Source: a virus
Strand: one strand, 5' to 3'
Virus record (IMG/VR): IMGVR_UViG_3300025120_000025
Coordinates: 1-64,000 of that record
DNA: 64,000 nt
The stretch's first letter is position 1. Every line of letters begins with the position of its first letter. The translations under genes and the position numbers were made by a program. Positions 59,018 to 64,000 of the stretch are shown here, one piece after another. The notes under the pieces are model-generated. The model saw nothing but the letters and a program-made list of their open reading frames with translations. It was not told where the DNA came from and ran no database searches.

Positions 59018-59965
59018 ATGGATATTAAAAGTGATGAATTTCTGTGGGTGGAGAAGTATAGACCACAGACTATACAAGATGCTATCTTACCGAAGCATCT
59101 AGAAAATACGTTTCTCCAGTTTGTTGAGAATGGCGAGATTCCTAATCTATTGCTATGTGGGTCTGCAGGTGTCGGTAAGACAACTGTAGCAAAGGCATTA
59201 TGTGAGCAAATGGGTTATGATTGGATCATTCTTAACGGTTCAAGTGAGGGTGATATCGATACCTTACGAACTAAGATTGTCAACTTTGCTAGTACTGTAT
59301 CCTTCAGTGGCAAGGGAAAGGTAGTCATATATGATGAAGCAGATTATTTGACTGCGGTGACGCAACCAGCATTGCGTAACTTCATTGAAGAGTTCAGTAA
59401 GAATTGTCGTTTCATCTTCACTTGTAACTATAAAAACAAAATCATTCCTGCATTGCATAGTAGATGTTCAGTAATTGAGTTTAGTACTCCGAAAGAAGAA
59501 AAACAAAAAATTGCTGGTTCATTTTTCAAGCGTGTTCAAGATATTCTTACTCAAGAGAATGTTCAATTCGAGAATGAGATTGTTGCTAGTATAGTTTCAA
59601 AATTCTTTCCTGACTTCCGCCGTACACTCAACGAACTTCAGAAGATTTCGATTGGTGGTCGCATTGATGCAGAAGCGGCGGGTAATTCAGGCGATGTAGA
59701 AGTAAAAACTGTAATTGGTTATTGTAAGACTAAAGACTTCTCTAGTATGCGTAAATGGGTCGCTGATACTATTCACACCTCTGGTGCTGATGATATCTAT
59801 CGCAAAGTATATGACACTATGAGTGAGCATTTACAACCTGCAAGTATTCCTGCTTGTGTTCTTAAAATAGCAGATTATCAGTATAAGAATGTTCATGTAG
59901 CAGACCAAGAAGTAAATATGGTCGCATTCTTTACGGAAGTGATGGTTGATTGTGAGTTTGCGTAA
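59018..59965 (+). CDS. gp44: clamp loader ATPase subunit gp44
   Basis: LWVEKYRP, GSAGVGKTT, DEAD, LHSRC, FPDFRR. Confidence 0.96.
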   Translation: MDIKSDEFLWVEKYRPQTIQDAILPKHLENTFLQFVENGEIPNLLLCGSAGVGKTTVAKALCEQMGYDWIILNGSSEGDIDTLRTKIVNFASTVSFSGKGKVVIYDEADYLTAVTQPALRNFIEEFSKNCRFIFTCNYKNKIIPALHSRCSVIEFSTPKEEKQKIAGSFFKRVQDILTQENVQFENEIVASIVSKFFPDFRRTLNELQKISIGGRIDAEAAGNSGDVEVKTVIGYCKTKDFSSMRKWVADTIHTSGADDIYRKVYDTMSEHLQPASIPACVLKIADYQYKNVHVADQEVNMVAFFTEVMVDCEFA

Positions 59966-60657
59966 TGATTATACCTTACTTACATCACGAACTTTTTGCA
60001 CTTAGCAATCAGATATCAACTAGTGTAGAGAACATTGACGGCATTGGTCCAGTAGTTATCATTGATAACTTCTATGCATATCCTGATGATATTCAGTCTA
60101 TGTTACATAGTGCATGGGTACCTAGTTATCACTTGAATGCTAAGTCACGCAACTTCAAAGATTACTATGATTGTAGACATAACATTCAAGTGACGCCTAC
60201 AGAGCATTCTACAGAGCATGAAAGTCAAATGCTCATCAGAGATGTAGCGAAACACAAGTTAAATGTCGAATGTGTAGATAAAGAATATGATTATGCATTC
60301 AACTACTTCAAGTGGATGTCTGAAGATGTTCCTGGTCAAAATATTCAATCTTATCCTCATCAAGATAGTCTTAATCATATTGCCTCTGTTATCTATATGA
60401 ATGACAGTGAGAAGCATGGTACTGCATTTTATTATAATGTACATACAGACCAAGATGAAGTTATTGATATACGAGTAGATGTTGACCAGAATGCAGACTT
60501 AGCAACAGTTATTCCTGCTAGAAAGAATAGATGCATTGTCTATCCTAGTTGGTATGTGCATGGAGCATATATACAAGACCACAGTGAGTGGGTAGATAAC
60601 TGGAGAATATCTCAAGTTTATTTTATGAAGTGTCTGAATAGAGGACCAAAGCGATGA
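59965..60657 (+). CDS. DUF6445-like 2OG-Fe(II) oxygenase-type protein
   Basis: VVIIDNFY.YPD, PHQD..ASVIYMN..GTAFY, NRC.VY....HG..R..QV.F. Confidence 0.65.
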   Translation: MIIPYLHHELFALSNQISTSVENIDGIGPVVIIDNFYAYPDDIQSMLHSAWVPSYHLNAKSRNFKDYYDCRHNIQVTPTEHSTEHESQMLIRDVAKHKLNVECVDKEYDYAFNYFKWMSEDVPGQNIQSYPHQDSLNHIASVIYMNDSEKHGTAFYYNVHTDQDEVIDIRVDVDQNADLATVIPARKNRCIVYPSWYVHGAYIQDHSEWVDNWRISQVYFMKCLNRGPKR

Positions 60658-61034
60658 CACCATTTGATTATATTAAAGCAATCAACTACACAAAAGAACA
60701 AATGATAGTTGATGACATAACAGAAAAAGACTACAATCCCTTTATCGTCAATCGTGGTTTAAGTATGGGTATTGATACTGTACTTCAAGCAAACGAGATG
60801 AATATGCGACATGGTCTGCCGAAGCGTTTACAATTTGACTTTTTACTAAATAGTATTAGTAAGCGAAAGCGATTTGATAAATGGCAAAAAGCAGATAAGA
60901 GTGAAGACTTAGAATATGTCAAAGCATACTACAACTACTCATATCCCAAAGCGATTGCCGCTCTTCAAGTTCTTTCACCTACTCAACTAAATCAGATTAA
61001 GAAAAAGATTAGTAATAAAGGTGGAGTAAAATGA
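60654..61034 (+). CDS. gp62: clamp loader small subunit gp62
   Basis: PFDY.K.IN, Y.PFIVNRGLS, QFDFLLN, YY.YS..KA. Confidence 0.93.
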   Translation: MTPFDYIKAINYTKEQMIVDDITEKDYNPFIVNRGLSMGIDTVLQANEMNMRHGLPKRLQFDFLLNSISKRKRFDKWQKADKSEDLEYVKAYYNYSYPKAIAALQVLSPTQLNQIKKKISNKGGVK

Positions 61035-61438
61035 ATGAATGGACAGTTGAAAATATGGTCGAGGTACAACTATCTCAACCTGATGATTTTCTAAAAATTA
61101 GAGAAACGCTATCTCGCATAGGGATTGCATCAAAGAAAGATAAGAAATTATATCAGTCTTGTCATATTCTACATAAGCAAGGGCGATACTTCATCGTTCA
61201 CTTTAAAGAATTATTCGGACTAGATGGTAAGCAGACTAACTTTTCAGAAGAAGACCAAAGTCGTAGAAATACGATTGTGAAGTTGCTCAACGATTGGGGA
61301 CTTGTAAAAGTTTTATCTGAAGAAAAGATTGTCACACAGGCACCATTGTCACAAATTAAAGTTATTGCGTTCAAAGAAAAGAGCGAATGGATTTTAGAAA
61401 CTAAATATAACATCGGTAAGAAAAAGCAAGAAGCATAG
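61031..61438 (+). CDS. regA: translational repressor RegA
   Basis: DDFLKIRETL.RIG, LYQSCHILHKQGRYFIVHFKELF.LDG. Confidence 0.96.
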   Translation: MNEWTVENMVEVQLSQPDDFLKIRETLSRIGIASKKDKKLYQSCHILHKQGRYFIVHFKELFGLDGKQTNFSEEDQSRRNTIVKLLNDWGLVKVLSEEKIVTQAPLSQIKVIAFKEKSEWILETKYNIGKKKQEA

Positions 61439-61455
61439 TATTACCGACATTGAGA

Positions 61456-61486
61456 CTTGTATTATGATAAAAATTGACTATATAAT
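61456..61486 (+). promoter_or_regulatory. hsp20 promoter (RpoH-like and/or sigma70-like)
   Basis: CTTGTA-N15-ACTATAT, overlapping TTGTAT-18 bp-TATAAT. Confidence 0.5.
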
Positions 61487-61491
61487 ATGTA

Positions 61492-61548
61492 GCACGATGC
61501 CTATGGTAGGGTCGTGTTTTATAAATCAGTCTTGCTTAACAAGGAGGC
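61492..61548 (+). promoter_or_regulatory. ROSE-like RNA thermometer in the hsp20 5' UTR
   Basis: 5' hairpin 61492-61517 plus GUCUUGCUU-AAC-AAGGAGGC hairpin pairing UUGCU with the SD, with a bulged G. Confidence 0.7.
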
Positions 61549-61552
61549 AATT

Positions 61553-62008
61553 ATGACTAACCTTACACAATTAAGGTCGGCGCTTAGTGCGTTTGACCAT
61601 AATCTTCTAACACCATATGCAGTAGGATTCGACCGCACCTTTGATAGGTTGTGGGACTACGCACAACATCAAGCACAATCTACAGGTTTTCCGCCTTACA
61701 ATATTGTAAAGGATAAAGAGAACTCTTACAAGTATCATATCAGTATGGCACTTGCAGGTTTTTCGAAGAAGGACGTTGATGTTCAATTCGAAGATGGATG
61801 TCTGACTATCAAATCTGTAAAGCATGATAAAGAAGAAGAGAACGACCATCTATGGAAAGGAATTTCTAATAGACAGTTTACTCGTAAATTTACACTTGCT
61901 GATGAAGTAGTGGTGAATGGTGCAGAACTTAAAGACGGTATGTTAAATATCGAACTTGAACGTATTGTACCAGAAGAGAAGAAACCTAGAACTATTGAAG
62001 TTAAATAG
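61553..62008 (+). CDS. hsp20: small heat shock protein (Hsp20/IbpA-like)
   Basis: GFD, FPPYNI, ALAGF, GIS.R.F.R.F.L, DGML.I.L...PEE; ATG after AAGGAGG. Confidence 0.95.
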   Translation: MTNLTQLRSALSAFDHNLLTPYAVGFDRTFDRLWDYAQHQAQSTGFPPYNIVKDKENSYKYHISMALAGFSKKDVDVQFEDGCLTIKSVKHDKEEENDHLWKGISNRQFTRKFTLADEVVVNGAELKDGMLNIELERIVPEEKKPRTIEVK

Positions 62009-62014
62009 TATCTA

Positions 62015-62042
62015 CTTCCTGAGCATGAAGATAAACTGCTCA
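62015..62042 (+). other. compact H-type pseudoknot candidate
   Basis: S1 CTTC/GAAG, S2 TGAGCA/TGCTCA; loops of 1, 1 and 6 nt. Confidence 0.5.
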
Positions 62043-62063
62043 CTTTATAATTAGGAGTATATA

Positions 62064-62288
62064 ATGGCGACAAAAAAAGCGACACCAGTGACAGATAAGT
62101 TACAAGCAATGAATGTTCCAATCATTCGTATTAACGACAAAATCACACAACTTGAAAATGAATTGCGTGAAAGACAAACAATGTTACAACAGTATCGAAA
62201 AGCAATCACACAACTAGAAGCAGAAGCAAATGCTATTCTAGGATCGATACAAACTTGTAAAGAATTGACAGAGGTACCAAATGAGTAA
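62064..62288 (+). CDS. small coiled-coil hypothetical protein
   Basis: AGGAG SD; heptad pattern. Confidence 0.7.
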   Translation: MATKKATPVTDKLQAMNVPIIRINDKITQLENELRERQTMLQQYRKAITQLEAEANAILGSIQTCKELTEVPNE

Positions 62289-62580
62289 TGTAGTAGTGAT
62301 TAAGATGATGAACGGTGAAGAGATTATCACTAAAGTTCACAAAGAAGATGATGAAACAATCCAGTGTGAAAAACCTGCTATCATTATGTTATCCCCAAAT
62401 CAAAATGGCAAAGGTGTTCAAGTCCAAATGGGTCCGTATTCAGCATTCACAGATAAACCGATTGCAGTAAACAAAACAAGTATCATGTATGTTGCTGAAC
62501 CAAACACAGAAATCTTAAATAGTTATAACAAGAACTTTGGAAGTGGACTTATAGTTCCAAATCAAACTATTCTTGGTTAA
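62281..62580 (+). CDS. conserved hypothetical protein (Sm-like)
   Basis: VVIKMMNGEEII..P..PY..Y...FGSGLIVP; precedes gp43. Confidence 0.75.
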   Translation: MSNVVVIKMMNGEEIITKVHKEDDETIQCEKPAIIMLSPNQNGKGVQVQMGPYSAFTDKPIAVNKTSIMYVAEPNTEILNSYNKNFGSGLIVPNQTILG

Positions 62581-62601
62581 CACTATTACCGCACATAGGG
62601 G

Positions 62602-62630
62602 TTGACTTTATGTGTGTTTTGTTATATAAT
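62602..62630 (+). promoter_or_regulatory. sigma70-type promoter for gp43
   Basis: TTGACT-17 bp-TATAAT. Confidence 0.8.
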
Positions 62631-62656
62631 GAGTTTTTATTATTGAGGTACATCTA

Positions 62657-64000
62657 TTGAAATTTTATACTAATGTTCAACAATGGGGCAACAACTTACT
62701 TGTAAGAGGTGTCAACGATGATGGTCAACGTGTCATGCAAAGATACAAAGACTTCTCGCCTACATTGTTTCTAAAGTCACAGAAACCTACGCAGTTCAAA
62801 ACTATTGAGGGTGACTATGTAGAAGATTTCAAACCTGGTTCTATTAAAGAAGCACGACAGTTTCTTGAAGATTACAAAGATGTATCAAACTTCAAAGTAT
62901 ATGGTCAAACTCAATTTCTCTATCAATGGATTTCAGACAACTTCTATGAGCAAGAAGAGATTGCTTTCGATACAAAACAAATATCTGTAATCTCTCTAGA
63001 TATTGAGACTGAAACAGAGTATGGTTTCCCAAACATTCAGACTGCCAATGAAGGCATTCTGCTTATCACAATTCAAGACAATCTAACAAAGAAGTTGATT
63101 ACATGGGGTACGAGAGAGTATCACGGTAAGAACACTGAAGTCGAGTATCGATATTTCGATAGCGAAGCAAAGATGCTGAAAGACTTTATTGCCTGGTTGA
63201 ATGAATTCAAACCTGATGTTATCACTGGTTGGAATACTCGCTTCTTTGATATTCCGTATGTTGTCAATCGTGTCGAGAGAGTACTAGGCGAAGAACAAGT
63301 TCGTTATATCTCGCCTTGGAAGATTGTCAAAAGCGGTAAGATGACTGTCAGAGGTCAAGAGCAACAGTACTATGATATCTTTGGTATCGCTGGTATTGAC
63401 TATCTTGAATTGTTTCGTAAGTATCGTGGTATTGGTTATGAAAGTTTTGCACTTGCACATATTGCAAATGTAGAACTCGGTTCTGAGAAATTAGACCACT
63501 CTGAGTATCAGAACTTCAAAGACTTCTATACTCAAGATTGGACTAAGTTTGTAGACTATAACATTCGTGACGTTGAATTAGTATCTCAACTTGAAGATAA
63601 ACTTGGTCTGATTGAATTACAAATGACGATGGCGTATGACTTTCGTGTGAACTATGAAGATGTATTCTCTCAAGTTCGATGTTGGGATATGCTGATTTAC
63701 AATTATCTAAGACGAAGAGGCGTTGTAATTCCTCCTAAGTCTTTTCATAATAAAGACACTGCTTACGCTGGTGCTTATGTAAAAGACCCTATTGTGGGTC
63801 AACATGATTGGGTTATGTCATTCGATTTGAATTCACTATATCCACACTTGATTATGCAATACAACATATCTCCTGACACTATTACTAATGAAAGACTAGA
63901 TGTTAATGTTGATGACTTGTTAGATAAGCAGTTTGACAACTCAGTATTGAAGCAAAAGAATTTATCAATGGCGGCGAATGGTCAATGTTTTCGTGCAGAT
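62657..64000 (+). CDS. gp43: family B DNA polymerase gp43 (partial; absent from ORF track)
   Basis: TTG start after GAGGT, reading MKFYTNVQQWGNNLLVRG; ExoI LDIET, ExoII GWN..FFDIPY, ExoIII YNIRDV, motif A SFDLNSLYPH. Confidence 0.96.
   Translation, partial: MKFYTNVQQWGNNLLVRGVNDDGQRVMQRYKDFSPTLFLKSQKPTQFKTIEGDYVEDFKPGSIKEARQFLEDYKDVSNFKVYGQTQFLYQWISDNFYEQEEIAFDTKQISVISLDIETETEYGFPNIQTANEGILLITIQDNLTKKLITWGTREYHGKNTEVEYRYFDSEAKMLKDFIAWLNEFKPDVITGWNTRFFDIPYVVNRVERVLGEEQVRYISPWKIVKSGKMTVRGQEQQYYDIFGIAGIDYLELFRKYRGIGYESFALAHIANVELGSEKLDHSEYQNFKDFYTQDWTKFVDYNIRDVELVSQLEDKLGLIELQMTMAYDFRVNYEDVFSQVRCWDMLIYNYLRRRGVVIPPKSFHNKDTAYAGAYVKDPIVGQHDWVMSFDLNSLYPHLIMQYNISPDTITNERLDVNVDDLLDKQFDNSVLKQKNLSMAANGQCFRAD

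Noticed and set aside
35928-61552. ORF-track upstream starts for gp21, gp47, 48426, 50292, 53959, 56428, 58030 and hsp20
   Set aside because: Downstream starts fit SD position, stop/start coupling or family N-termini better; coordinates were adjusted accordingly
1994-62121. Minus-strand and nested short ORFs from the six-frame track
   Set aside because: They shadow well-supported + strand genes and have no recognisable motifs
1-64000. tRNA genes, rRNA, CRISPR arrays, stop-codon reassignment
   Set aside because: No cloverleaf or repeat-spacer pattern seen in the short intergenic gaps; TAA, TAG and TGA all terminate conserved genes normally

Overview
The window is part of an AT-rich, T4-like myophage genome resembling marine T4-like phages. 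All supported genes are on the + strand. Gene order: PAAR and baseplate wedge (gp25, gp6, gp7, gp8), a VrlC-like giant virion protein, an accessory fibre/adhesin region (14-23.6 kb, including five tandem His-rich paralogues), neck/tail/packaging/head genes (gp13-gp23, gp3), uvsY-uvsW-gp55-gp47-gp46, peptide deformylase, a tightly coupled modification-enzyme cluster (47.9-53.8 kb), a vWA-metallopeptidase/MoxR-type AAA+ pair, gp45-gp44-gp62-regA-hsp20, and the 5' part of DNA polymerase gp43. T4 late promoters (TATAAATA) serve the structural half and sigma70-type promoters serve the replication half. Strongest leads: (1) a candidate DNA hypermodification pathway (amino-MTase, PLP enzyme, GNAT-like/hydroxylase fusion, 2OG-Fe(II) oxygenases); (2) apparent window-wide avoidance of specific short motifs; (3) five fibre-tip-like paralogues that share near-identical His-rich loop cassettes in pairs; (4) a probable protease-cleaved internal-head polyprotein; (5) RNA-level and promoter-level controls, including a ROSE-like thermometer, an RBS-occluding hairpin, a consensus antisense promoter at gp55, an anti-SD-like loop, a pseudoknot and a leaderless membrane peptide. 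All calls come from motif and synteny recognition by eye; no searches or computations were run.
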